Origin: Azolla caroliniana
Lineage: Eukaryota > Plantae > Polypodiophyta
Direction: 5' to 3'
Length of the DNA: 64,000 nt
NCBI GenBank assembly: GCA_043228905.1
Contig: JBHGNT010000022.1
Span: forward strand, 1,612,001-1,676,000
The translations under genes and the position numbers were made by a program. The notes under the pieces are model-generated. The model saw nothing but the letters and a program-made list of their open reading frames with translations. It was not told where the DNA came from and did no database searches. Positions 34,727-46,970 of the stretch are shown here, one piece after another (the stretch's first letter is position 1; every line of letters begins with the position of its first letter).

Positions 34727-37573
34727 CTATCCGGCTAAGCCGGTTGTCTAATGCTTCAGCACCTTCGTTTTTACATGGTATCAGAGCGCCACGGTTGAGA
34801 ACCTCTGCAACCGACATCAACATCTAGAGACAAACCCTAAGACCCGGTAAGAACAGAAAGAGAAGTGATGGACAGAGGAATGGCTAGCTCGCTCCCGGTA
34901 GAGAAGCTCAATAGATCCAACTACGCATCTTGGTCATACAATATGCACCAGTACCTGCTTGGGCATGGTTGCTGGAGCTATGTCGACGGAGCTAACGACA
35001 CAACACCTGATGCGGCACACAAGGACTTCCCAGTGTGGGAACAAGCGGCAAGCAGAGTGATGTACTGCTTTGCGTCCAGTGTCGGAGACCAGCTGCTCAG
35101 CCATGTCCGCGATGCCAAGATGCCAAAAGAAGCTTGGGGAAACCTGAAGAAGGTTTTCACGGCAAGCACTACGGCTCGGAAGCAGCAACTCCGACATGAG
35201 TTGAGCAATGTCCAACAGAAGGACATGTCGGTAACCGATTACACGGCCTGAATCAAAGAGATCCTTGACTCACTTGCCTCTATCAACGTCACTATAGAGG
35301 AAGATGAGATGGTGCAGATCTGTCTTGGGGGCCTAGTGTTTAAGTTCAGAGCATTCCGAACTACAGTATGTACAAGGGAGAATATGTCATCATTTTTCGA
35401 CTTACAGTCGATGCTCCTTGTAGAGGAGAACTAGAAAAGCCGGTAAAGGGCCAGCCTTGGTGATGAATCAACGAGGCTAACTCGATGAAGAAGACCACTT
35501 CCAAATCAGAGGAACTGTAGTATGTTGATTCCGTTGCGTCGAATCACATGACGAGCCACAAAGAGTAGTTCTCCTTCTTGGGGAAACCGGAACAACCGGG
35601 AGTCATCAAAACCGTAGACGACACTCCTCACCCAATCGTGCATGTCGGAGAAGTCCCTTTGAGCCACGTCGGATAGAGGGGGAAGCTGATGAATGTATTA
35701 CACACTAGAGCAAAACGGTGTGGCCGAAAGGAAGAATTGGTCGATTGTCGACACCGCAAGGGCAATGTTAGAGGAGAAGAGCATGCCCCATTTCTACTGG
35801 GCCTAGGCGGTCCGAACGGCCGTCTATATCCAAAACCGGATCGGTGACAAGGTGTCCACGCATGACCTATATTTCGGGCGCAAGCCGAATTTGAGACACC
35901 TTCGAATATTCAGTAGCATTGCATATGTGCATGTGCTGGATGAGAAGCAGAAGAAGTTGGATGCAAAGTCGGAGAAATGCATCATGGTCGGTTACTCGCA
36001 TGAGCAAAAGGGGTATAAGTGTTATAACCCCTAGACGAAGTAGGTCCGAGTTAGCCGGGATGTTGAGTTTGATGAGACGGCATCATGGTATGCCTTACCG
36101 GCTCCGACTTCCGACCCCGACCTGATACCGAAGGATGAGGCTAGTGAGCCTGAACCGGTCCAATTAGAAGACGAAGGGTTCGAGACTCTAGATGTGAGTC
36201 CAGAATCGTTTCAGTTGAGCAGGCCGAACGAGCGACTAGGTCAGACAGACCAGTCGGAAGATGAACTGGTGAATAGTGGAGACTCTACCATGGTCCCCCC
36301 ATGCAAGGAATAGAGGAGACGATTCACGCCCAAGGAAAAGGGAAAGAGGAAGATGCTGGAGCATGAGACCGGCAATGGTGAGTCGGATCGGAGCAAATCC
36401 GACTCCGAAAAAGAAGAAGGTGGATCTTCAGCAACGAAGACCAAACGAGCCAAGAAGGGCCTCAAAGCGGTACGGGTACAATGAGTACATGGCGCATCAC
36501 TATGCTTACATGACCAAGGTCACAAAAGTGCGTGAGCCAGAGAGCTACGCAGAATTCGCATGGCGCTATGGAGGAAGAAATGCGGGCTCTTGATGCCAAC
36601 GACACATGGGACCTAGTTGACCCTCCCCGACACTGTAAACCGATCGGATGTAAGTGGGTGTACAAGGTAAACTACAATGCCGACGGTTCGGTTAACCAGT
36701 ACAAGAGGATATGTGCAGACCCACAGAATTGACTACGACGAGACCTTCGCTCTGATAGCGAAGATGATGACGGTTCATGTGGTGCTGGTGGTTGTTACGG
36801 TAAGGGGGTGGCATCTTCACCAGATGGACGTGAAGAATGCATTTCTTCCAGGCGATCTTGAAGAAGAGGTCTTTATGACCCAACCCCCCGATTTCCAGTC
36901 AGAGATGAACAAGTCGGTGGTATGCCGGCTGAAGAAGTCACTTTATGGCCTAAAGCAAGCCCCCCGAGCTTGGAATGCGAAAATCACACACCGGTTGCGT
37001 AAGATGGGATTTGAGGCCTCCAAGTCCGACTCTTCGTTGTTCATCCGGCAAGGTCCGGACGGTCCGATTTGCATCTTACCGACCGATCTCCACACACCTG
37101 GACCGGAACTAGAAGCTCCGTCTCGACTCTAGACCAGCCTGCGATGAGAAGCGGTTCTGACAAATCATCAGAAGCCTTATATATTTGACAATCACCCAAC
37201 CCGACATCAATTATCTGGTTGGCGTGATCAACCAATATATGGAGAAGCCGACTGTGGAGCACCTTCTGTGCGCGCATCAAATTTTGCGATATGTGCGCGT
37301 CACAAAGGGCCGAGGACTGTTATACCAGCATGGTATAACCGAAGAGCTAGTCAGCTACACCGATGCCGATTGGGGCGGCGATGCATCAGATCATCGATCC
37401 ACCTCCGGCTATATGTTTTCCCTTGGTACCACGTCTATTGCGTGGAGTAGCAAAAAGCAGCCAATAGTGGCCCTTTCGAGCACTGAGGCTGAATACCGGG
37501 GCTCTACCGTTGACACCTGTCAAGCCAATTGGTTTTGGCGAATGCTGCAAGACCTGCGGATCGAGGTGCCGAC
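34355..37573 (+). mobile_element. Copia B3: 5' LTR 34355-34775, PBS 34776-34787, internally deleted gag-pol, 3'-truncated
   Basis: ttttaca followed by TGGTATCAGAGC; gag ORF 34865-35251; RT and RNase H fragments. Confidence 0.9.
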
Positions 37574-38016
37574 TGGCTCACCACTCCGACTGCATATCCG
37601 ATACCTGGTTGGGTTCATATCATCGCGTACATCAAGCTCCCGACAACAAAGGCATATGGTATCTTCATCATATCCGTCTTCTCTGCCTTTGTCCTCGGGC
37701 TTTATTTACCAGATATCTTGTAGTTTGCCAGAAGTATCGATACGACCGGTTTTGCCTCCGACATGTTGGACTGTTGAAGCACCTTTGTCACATACTTCTC
37801 CTGTGACAACCACAACAACTTATTCGACCGTTCCCGGATGATCCGCTTTTGGTAGGCATCCAACTTGTCAATCATTAACACCTTGGTCAACAAGAACTCT
37901 TGATCTTCTACACTCTCCCAGATCTAGTGGTACCTCCGCTAGATATGTTTCGTCCGGGAATGGTAGGCCGCATTCTTTGCAAGGTGGATGACACTTTGAC
38001 TGTTGCAGTAGAGCCG

Positions 38017-38346
38017 CGTTGAGCGGCAGCTCAACCGGATCCAGATCGACATCTGGAAGGATGAGCCGGATCGGTGAGCTAGTGAGCTGGGGAGCCCATT
38101 AGCCGGATCAAGCAGTAACCGGAACCCTAGTAGCAGCCTAGACTACTAAGTAGTTAATATCTCATAGTTAGTGTTAGACGCTCGTGTGAGCATTGAAGTA
38201 CATTGTACTTCTGTCAGTCCTCTTAGGACTTGTATAAATAGTGTTGTTGAGCACGTTGTATGTACAGAGAATTTTACAGAGTTTTTTGATAATAGATTTA
38301 AGTGGTTCTGCTCTTTCTCTATCTCTACTGTGTACCTTCTATGTGT

Positions 38347-38388
<42 letters not shown>

Positions 38389-41235
38389 CTATCCGGCTAA
38401 GCCGGTTGTCTAATGCTTCAGCACCTTCGTTTTTACATGGTATCAGAGCGCCACGGTTGAGAACCTCTGCAACCGACATCAACATCTAGAGACAAACCCT
38501 AAGACCCGGTAAGAACAGAAAGAGAAGTGATGGACAGAGGAATGGCTAGCTCGCTCCCGGTAGAGAAGCTCAATAGATCCAACTACGCATCTTGGTCATA
38601 CAATATGCACCAGTACCTGCTTGGGCATGGTTGCTGGAGCTATGTCGACGGAGCTAACGACACAACACCTGATGCGGCACACAAGGACTTCCCAGTGTGG
38701 GAACAAGCGGCAAGCAGAGTGATGTACTGCTTTGCGTCCAGTGTCGGAGACCAGCTGCTCAGCCATGTCCGCGATGCCAAGATGCCAAAAGAAGCTTGGG
38801 GAAACCTGAAGAAGGTTTTCACGGCAAGCACTACGGCTCGGAAGCAGCAACTCCGACATGAGTTGAGCAATGTCCAACAGAAGGACATGTCGGTAACCGA
38901 TTACACGGCCTGAATCAAAGAGATCCTTGACTCACTTGCCTCTATCAACGTCACTATAGAGGAAGATGAGATGGTGCAGATCTGTCTTGGGGGCCTAGTG
39001 TTTAAGTTCAGAGCATTCCGAACTACAGTATGTACAAGGGAGAATATGTCATCATTTTTCGACTTACAGTCGATGCTCCTTGTAGAGGAGAACTAGAAAA
39101 GCCGGTAAAGGGCCAGCCTTGGTGATGAATCAACGAGGCTAACTCGATGAAGAAGACCACTTCCAAATCAGAGGAACTGTAGTATGTTGATTCCGTTGCG
39201 TCGAATCACATGACGAGCCACAAAGAGTAGTTCTCCTTCTTGGGGAAACCGGAACAACCGGGAGTCATCAAAACCGTAGACGACACTCCTCACCCAATCG
39301 TGCATGTCGGAGAAGTCCCTTTGAGCCACGTCGGATAGAGGGGGAAGCTGATGAATGTATTACACACTAGAGCAAAACGGTGTGGCCGAAAGGAAGAATT
39401 GGTCGATTGTCGACACCGCAAGGGCAATGTTAGAGGAGAAGAGCATGCCCCATTTCTACTGGGCCTAGGCGGTCCGAACGGCCGTCTATATCCAAAACCG
39501 GATCGGTGACAAGGTGTCCACGCATGACCTATATTTCGGGCGCAAGCCGAATTTGAGACACCTTCGAATATTCAGTAGCATTGCATATGTGCATGTGCTG
39601 GATGAGAAGCAGAAGAAGTTGGATGCAAAGTCGGAGAAATGCATCATGGTCGGTTACTCGCATGAGCAAAAGGGGTATAAGTGTTATAACCCCTAGACGA
39701 AGTAGGTCCGAGTTAGCCGGGATGTTGAGTTTGATGAGACGGCATCATGGTATGCCTTACCGGCTCCGACTTCCGACCCCGACCTGATACCGAAGGATGA
39801 GGCTAGTGAGCCTGAACCGGTCCAATTAGAAGACGAAGGGTTCGAGACTCTAGATGTGAGTCCAGAATCGTTTCGGTTGAGCAGGCCGAACGAGCGACTA
39901 GGTCAGACAGACCAGTCGGAAGATGAACTGGTGAATAGTGGAGACTCTACCATGGTCCCCCCATGCAAGGAATAGAGGAGACGATTCACGCCCAAGGAAA
40001 AGGGAAAGAGGAAGATGCTGGAGCATGAGACCGGCAATGGTGAGTCGGATCGGAGCAAATCCGACTCCGAAAAAGAAGAAGGTGGATCTTCAGCAACGAA
40101 GACCAAACGAGCCAAGAAGGGCCTCAAAGCGGTACGGGTACAATGAGTACATGGCGCATCACTATGCTTACATGACCAAGGTCACAAAAGTGCGTGAGCC
40201 AGAGAGCTACGCAGAATTCGCATGGCGCTATGGAGGAAGAAATGCGGGCTCTTGATGCCAACGACACATGGGACCTAGTTGACCCTCCCCGACACTGTAA
40301 ACCGATCGGATGTAAGTGGGTGTACAAGGTAAACTACAATGCCGACGGTTCGGTTAACCAGTACAAGAGGATATGTGCAGACCCACAGAATTGACTACGA
40401 CGAGACCTTCGCTCTGATAGCGAAGATGATGACGGTTCATGTGGTGCTGGTGGTTGTTACGGTAAGGGGGTGGCATCTTCACCAGATGGACGTGAAGAAT
40501 GCATTTCTTCCAGGCGATCTTGAAGAAGAGGTCTTTATGACCCAACCCCCCGATTTCCAGTCAGAGATGAACAAGTCGGTGGTATGCCGGCTGAAGAAGT
40601 CACTTTATGGCCTAAAGCAAGCCCCCCGAGCTTGGAATGCGAAAATCACACACCGGTTGCGTAAGATGGGATTTGAGGCCTCCAAGTCCGACTCTTCGTT
40701 GTTCATCCGGCAAGGTCCGGACGGTCCGATTTGCATCTTACCGACCGATCTCCACACACCTGGACCGGAACTAGAAGCTCCGTCTCGACTCTAGACCAGC
40801 CTGCGATGAGAAGCAGTTCTGACAAATCATCAGAAGCCTTATATATTTGACAATCACCCAACCCGACATCAATTATCTGGTTGGCGTGATCAACCAATAT
40901 ATGGAGAAGCCGACTGTGGAGCACCTTCTGTGCGCGCATCAAATTTTGCGATATGTGCGCGTCACGAAGGGCCGAGGACTGTTATACCAGCATGGTATAA
41001 CCGAAGAGCTAGTCAGCTACACCGATGCCGATTGGGGCGGCGATGCATCAGATCATCGATCCACCTCCGGCTATATGTTTTCCCTTGGTACCACGTCTAT
41101 TGCGTGGAGTAGCAAAAAGCAGCCAATAGTGGCCCTTTCGAGCACTGAGGCTGAATACCGGGGCTCTACCGTTGACACCTGTCAAGCCAATTGGTTTTGG
41201 CGAATGCTGCAAGACCTGCGGATCGAGGTGCCGAC
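38017..41235 (+). mobile_element. Duplicate of B3 (LTR 38017-38437, PBS 38438-38449)
   Basis: Second unit of the tandem duplication. Confidence 0.9.
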
Positions 41236-43010
41236 TGGCTCACCACTCCGACTGCATATCCGATACCTGGTTGGGTTCATATCATCGCGTACATCAAGCT
41301 CCCGACAACAAAGGCATATGGTATCTTCATCATATCCGTCTTCTCTGCCTTTGTCCTCGGGCTTTATTTACCAGATATCTTGTAGTTTGCCAGAAGTATC
41401 GATACGACCGGTTTTGCCTCCGACATGTTGGACTGTTGAAGCACCTTTGTCACATACTTCTCCTGTGACAACCACAACAACTTATTCGACCGTTCCCGGA
41501 TGATGTGCATTCCCAATATTTGTCTTTCCGGCCCAAAGTCTTTCATTGAGAAGGTATGGTTCAGAGCCTTCTTTAGCATCTGTATCTTACCTTGGTCTCG
41601 TCTGACGATCAACATATCATCCACATACAGGAGGAGTATCAGGAAATCTCCTTCGTCAAATTTATTCACAAACACGCAGTGATCGGCTTGCGTCTTGTGG
41701 TACCCTTGGTCGGTCATGAAGGAGTCGAACTTCCAGTACCATTGCCGGGGAGCTTGCTTCAGTCTGTATAGGCTCTTCTTCAGCCAGCACACCAGGTGCT
41801 CCTTCCCTTTCTTCTCAAATCCTTCTGGTTGATGCATGTAGATGTCTTCTTCGAGGTCGCCATGTAGGAATGTCGTCTTGACATCTAGTTGCTCAATCTC
41901 GAGGTCCATGCTTGCAACTATGCCCAATATCGTCTGAATGGATGTCATGTTTAACACCAAGGCAAAGATCTCATTGAAGTCCACTCCTTTCTTCTACTGG
42001 AAACCCTTCACCACGATTCGGGCCTTATACATGGGTGGATTTCCGGCATCTCCCGGTTTCAACTTGTACACCCACTTGTTCCGGAGTGCTCTCTTCCCTT
42101 TCGGCAACTCCATCAGTTCATATGTGTGGTTCTCATGCAAGGAATCCATCTTGTCCTGCATGGCACTCAACCACTTGCGGCTGTGGGTGTCTTTCTCTGC
42201 TTCTTCAAAGCTTTCCGGCTCCCCCTCATTGGTTAGCAACACATGCTCTGCATCCGGAAATCTCTGTGGGGCTCTTCTCTCTTGAAGAGGATATCTCCAT
42301 CCTTGGTTTCTGACTATCGGTTCCTCCGTTTGTTCCTCATCCTCATCCGATTCGGGATCTTGTCCAATTCCGGTGTCTTCTTCTTCTTCTTCAATCAGTT
42401 CGGTTTCTTGTCCATATCCGTCTGGTTCGTCGAGTGTCATCCGGTTACTGGCTAGCGTCTGGTTTTCAACCGGGTAAGTCCTAGTGTCCTCAAGCCGGTT
42501 TTCATTGAATGATCCGGAGTTCATCACCTTCTTTTCCAACTCCTAGTCAGCAATGGTCCTGTCTTCCATGAAGACTATGTCCCGAGTCCGAAACACCTTC
42601 TTGTCGACCAAATACCACACCCAGTAACCAAATTCACCATCGTCGTATCCAAGGAATATGCATGGCCGGGACTTCGGATCCAACTTTGCTCTCTTGTCTT
42701 TCGCCACATCCACATATGCGAGACACCCAAACACCTCCAAATGCCGGTAAGATACATCTTTACCGGTCCATACTTTCTGATGTGAGTCTCCTCCCAAGGG
42801 TACTTAGGGTGATCTGTTTATCACATAGGTCGTCGTCATCAGCGCCTCAGCCCAAAACGTCTTGGGTAACTTGGCATGTACGAGCATGCTCCAGACTCTC
42901 TCCATTATGGTCTGGTTCATCCTTTCGGCCAGCCCATTTAGTTCCGGCGTCTTTGGCACAATAAACTTGAGTCGGATTCCCTTCGACCAGCAGTACTCCT
43001 CGAACTTCCC

Positions 43011-43446
43011 CCGGTATTCTCCTCCATTATTTGCTCGAACCGCCTTCAGCTTCCGACCGGTTTCTCTTTCCACTCTCGCATGGAGCTCCTTGAAGACAGA
43101 TAGCACCTAATCCTTCGTCTTCAATGGTGAGACCCACAGCTTCCGGCTATGGTCATCTATGAACGTCACGATGTACTGCGATCCGGCATGTGACTTTGTG
43201 TCCACTTGACACAGATCAGTATGCACCACCGGTATTCTCCTCCGTTATCTGCTCGAATAGCCTTCAACTTCCAGATGGTTTCTCTTTCCACTCTCGCGTG
43301 GAGCTCCTTGAAGACGGATAACAGTTGATCCTTCGTCTTCAATGGTGAGACCCACAGCTTCCGGCTATGTTCATCTATGAACGTCATGAAGTACTGCGAT
43401 CCGGCATGTGACTTTGTGTCCACTTGACACACATTAGTATGCACCA
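43011..43446. repeat. Diverged 218-bp tandem duplication in the A3 integrase
   Basis: ccggtattctcctcc...gtatgcacca at 43011 and 43229. Confidence 0.9.
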
Positions 43447-43653
43447 GCTCCAATGGTGCATTCCATCTCATCGGTGGTCTTGACCAGAAGGAGGTTCGGT
43501 TTTGTTTGCCAGCCAAGCAATCGGTGCACTTCTCAAATTGCACGTCCTTCACCGGAATGAGATTGTCTTCAGCAAGTCTTTTCATCCCTTTCTGGCTCAT
43601 ATGACACAGTCTTTTGTGCCACAGCTCACCGACAGTGTCGGATGTTATGTTCA

Positions 43654-44049
43654 TGTTGTTCGGTCGACAATTACTACTTTGCCGAAGTTGTGGTTAGACG
43701 AATAGATACAAATTAGTTGTAAACTTATCGGTGATAACAAACACCAAGATCGTGGCTTATGTAATTTAGCTTAGACTGAAGGAAATAGATGGCAAAAGCA
43801 ATTCGTACACAGAGGTTTCCTAATTAAACTTTATATTACTAAATACAATGATAGATTTTTACAATGCCTTCGATTCCTTTTATAGGTAACTCGAAGGTCT
43901 TTTCTCATCAAGAAATCCTACTGCTTATAATTATCAAGAATTACAAAACTTCGTAACTAACTATATCCTATTCGGCTATCTGATGAGTCATCGATCCAAA
44001 CTGTCGATCCGACTCCGACTCCGACGCATCCATACTTGTCCGGGTAACA
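43654..44049 (-). repeat. C2 3' LTR (396 bp)
   Basis: TG...CA termini; minus-strand cctataaaagg TATA near 43880. Confidence 0.85.
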
Positions 44050-46478
44050 CTTGGCATGCCCATGGGCCAGGATGTTGTCCTGTGAACCCACGGTAACCCC
44101 TTCACTCCTGTTGCTCTGAGGGATGATCTTCCTCCAAATCATCGTCTGCGTCGTCCTACAGAATGTCGAACAATGAGGGTTCCTCTTCTTGTGGTGCCTT
44201 ATTGACATCGTCTTCTTCGTCTTCGGTGTCCTCCTCGTCGTTGTTTTCCTGGTGTGCTTCTTCGGTCGATTGTCTTGGATCTGCTGAATCCGGTGCTCCG
44301 AGTCCAGGTGTTTTGCTTACTCTTTCGGCTTCGATATTGTCTAACTCGATGGACGTATCGACATCATGCTTGTCGAATTCTTGCACGATTTGGTTAACTT
44401 CTTCTCTGAAATAAGCCGCCATGTCGTATAGGTCTCTAACAATATCTTCCTGAACCGTGGTCATTGCTTCCTCCGACATCTTGAGGAAACCTTTGCCTTG
44501 AACTTTTCTATTTTCTCTATCGGCTTGTAATAGTTGAAGCTCTGCAGCTTGCGCCGACCATGTTTGCCAACCCGTCTCTAGTGATTCATTGACCAATTTT
44601 AGGTTGTTAAGCTGGTGACGTCTTATGATTGCTTGAACTCTGTCCTGAGTCATACTTGCCTCAAACTGTGTCGTTGCCAATGTTCATCGTAAATCAGTGA
44701 TTACTGCATTGGTATCGCCTTTGGCCTGCATCAGTTTGGCTTGTGCCACTAAGAGGTCAAGTCGCCTTTTCTCGGATACCGTTTGAACTTCTGCACATCG
44801 CATTTCCAGCTTCTCTTTCTCCTCATTCCAGTCGTTCTGCTATTGAATAATTTTTCCGTTGATTTCTTCTATCAGTTTGGCTCTTCCAACCAACTTTGTT
44901 GTAAAACAAGTCTCTACTTGTTTCGCATTTTTCCTTGTAGCCTCTTGCTGCTGGAGTAACTGTCGGTGTAAATCTTGTATCAAATTATCTTTTTCCTCTA
45001 AGCATTTGTCGGTCGCTGTTTTTGCCGACTGTAATCGATCCTCCATTTCTCTGGATCTGTCTTCGGCCTTTTCTGCCCTAATTTCCGCTTCTCTTTGTGC
45101 TTTTTCGGCTTGTTCCAACTTATGTTGTAGCTCTGAATCCGACTCCAAAGGTTGGCTTTGTGACTCTAGTTATAATATCTGCTCTCTCATTTTCTCTAGA
45201 ACCACTTGTGCTTCCCGCAGTTTACCCTTCAACTGCTAATTTTCTTCATGCTTCCGTGTATACTGTGCATTAAGCACATGTGTTGCTGTTGTTGCCCTTT
45301 TGTATAATTCAGCCATATCCTTGGCTGCTCTACTAGCCTTTTCATATTCCCTGTGGACTTCGACCAGTGCCTCATGTAGTGGTGGCATCTGGATGGCTTC
45401 ACCTTTATTTTTAGCATTTCGTTGTCGACCAATTCTATCCACTTCTGCTTGTTCATTGGGTTCGACAGCTCCACATAATGACTTTTGGATCATTATTTGA
45501 TCCCGGTGCTCTTGCGCCATTCTTTCCGAGACTTCTTGGAGTCTTTTAGCTAACCATTCTATCACTTCATATGACGTTCCGAACTACAGAATGGCAGCTA
45601 GCTCATGTGTTGTTGCCAGGATGTCGGAAAAACCAAGTGCCTCTGGCACCATTGCCGTTGATACATGCCCTTTCTGAATTCGTGACGTGTTATCGGGATT
45701 GACACGAGGTACTTGTGTGCTTTGGGAGGCTTGATCGTCGGTTCTCTGTTTCTTCTACGCCGGTTCTTCTTGCTCTGGTCTAGAATATATTTGGGACCGT
45801 TGTTTAACCCTGCGCTGCTTCGGCGGTTGTTGCTCTGTGTCGACTTGTGTCGATTCTTGCAGTTGTGTTTGTTGCTCACCTATCGTCTCTTGTTGTTGCG
45901 TCCTCGGTGGTTGAAACTCCGGGTGTTGAGTAGTCGGTTCCTGGTCAGGTTCGGGTTGCGGTGTCGACTGTTCCGATTTTTGTTGTTGCCTTGGTTCCGA
46001 TTGGTCGAATTCGGTCTGAGTGGTATCGTCCTGTGCCAATTCTTCTTCCCTCCACTCTTCCTGTTGGACTTGTTGTCGGGTTCGGGATGACTGTACCTGA
46101 GGTGTCTTACGCACCTCTGATCGGTTTTCCGCCTTTGGAGCCGGAAATAATATCGATAACCAACGAGCAAAAATCTTCTTCATTGGTTTTCCCTTCTGAA
46201 CTCTGTACAGTTGCTCTCTTAGAGCTTCTGCCGATAGTAGCCCCCAATCAAAAGCTTCTCCTTCATAAGCGGCGATGATAAATCCGGCCCTCTTTTTGGG
46301 CATACAATAGAATCTCGGACTAACAAACCCTACTTCCAATAAAAACTTTGCAACTTCATGAAAAAAGACATTCCTACCTCCTTGTGTCTGATACGCTTTG
46401 GCGGAGGGCGAATACTCACCAAAATATGAACGCAATCCTTCTTCTATGATCTTCTTGACAACGTCGAACCCGCCTCTT

Positions 46479-46931
46479 TGTCATCATATGGCAAGACTCG
46501 AACCCATGACCTTATGCTACATGGGTCGAGCTCTTACCATTAGACTATGAATTGTAATTTGTAGGATATTATTTTCATTTATGCTTTATCATAGAAAATT
46601 GATGTATATTCCAGATCTCTCTAGAACATTCTAGAAGCTTCAGGATTATTCCTAAAAACATTATAAAAGGAGGCACAAGGCATTGTTTTGAACCAAATTG
46701 GTTCAACGCCAGTCTTAAGCCTCTTAGCCGATTTGTACTTATCTTTTCACATAATATAAGAGTTGCTGTCATCATCCTTCTCTCTCTCTCTTTCTCGCTA
46801 TCTCTCTCTTCTCTTCTCTTCTCTTCTCACTTTCTCTCTCGGGAATCTTACGCAGTCCCGTCCTCTTAGTACTAATAGTATTGCTCTTCTTTAGTACTAA
46901 TTCCATCTCTGCTTTAGTACTACTCCTGACA
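46479..46931 (+). repeat. E 5' LTR
   Basis: tgtca...tgaca; roughly ten substitutions plus small indels versus the 3' LTR. Confidence 0.93.
46623..46642 (+). promoter_or_regulatory. Heat-shock element in the E LTR (also at 51852-51871)
   Basis: aGAAcaTTCtaGAAgcTTCa = four alternating nGAAn units, 20 bp upstream of TATAAAA. Confidence 0.6.
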
Positions 46932-46945
46932 GTTTGAACCAATTT
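46932..46945 (+). promoter_or_regulatory. Non-tRNA (self-priming) PBS of E
   Basis: ttgaaccaattt is complementary to aaattggttcaa at 46695-46706. Confidence 0.75.
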
Positions 46946-46970
46946 TTCCTCCTACCCTTTTCCCTATACT

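Larger units (their letters stand above)
34181..41504. repeat. Tandem duplication, 2 x 3662 bp (34181-37842 and 37843-41504)
   Basis: Matching ORF sets offset by 3662; GAT microhomology; four substitutions seen. Confidence 0.97.
33626..43653 (-). mobile_element. Degenerate copia A3 (3' LTR 33626-34137), interrupted by B3 and its duplicate, cut at the 5' side by C2
   Basis: LTR plus PPT (34140-34149), RNase H remnant to 34354, RT and integrase fragments at 41236-43653. Confidence 0.87.

Noticed and set aside
46479-46560. Functional tRNA gene
   Set aside because: The promoter boxes are present, but the acceptor and anticodon stems do not pair
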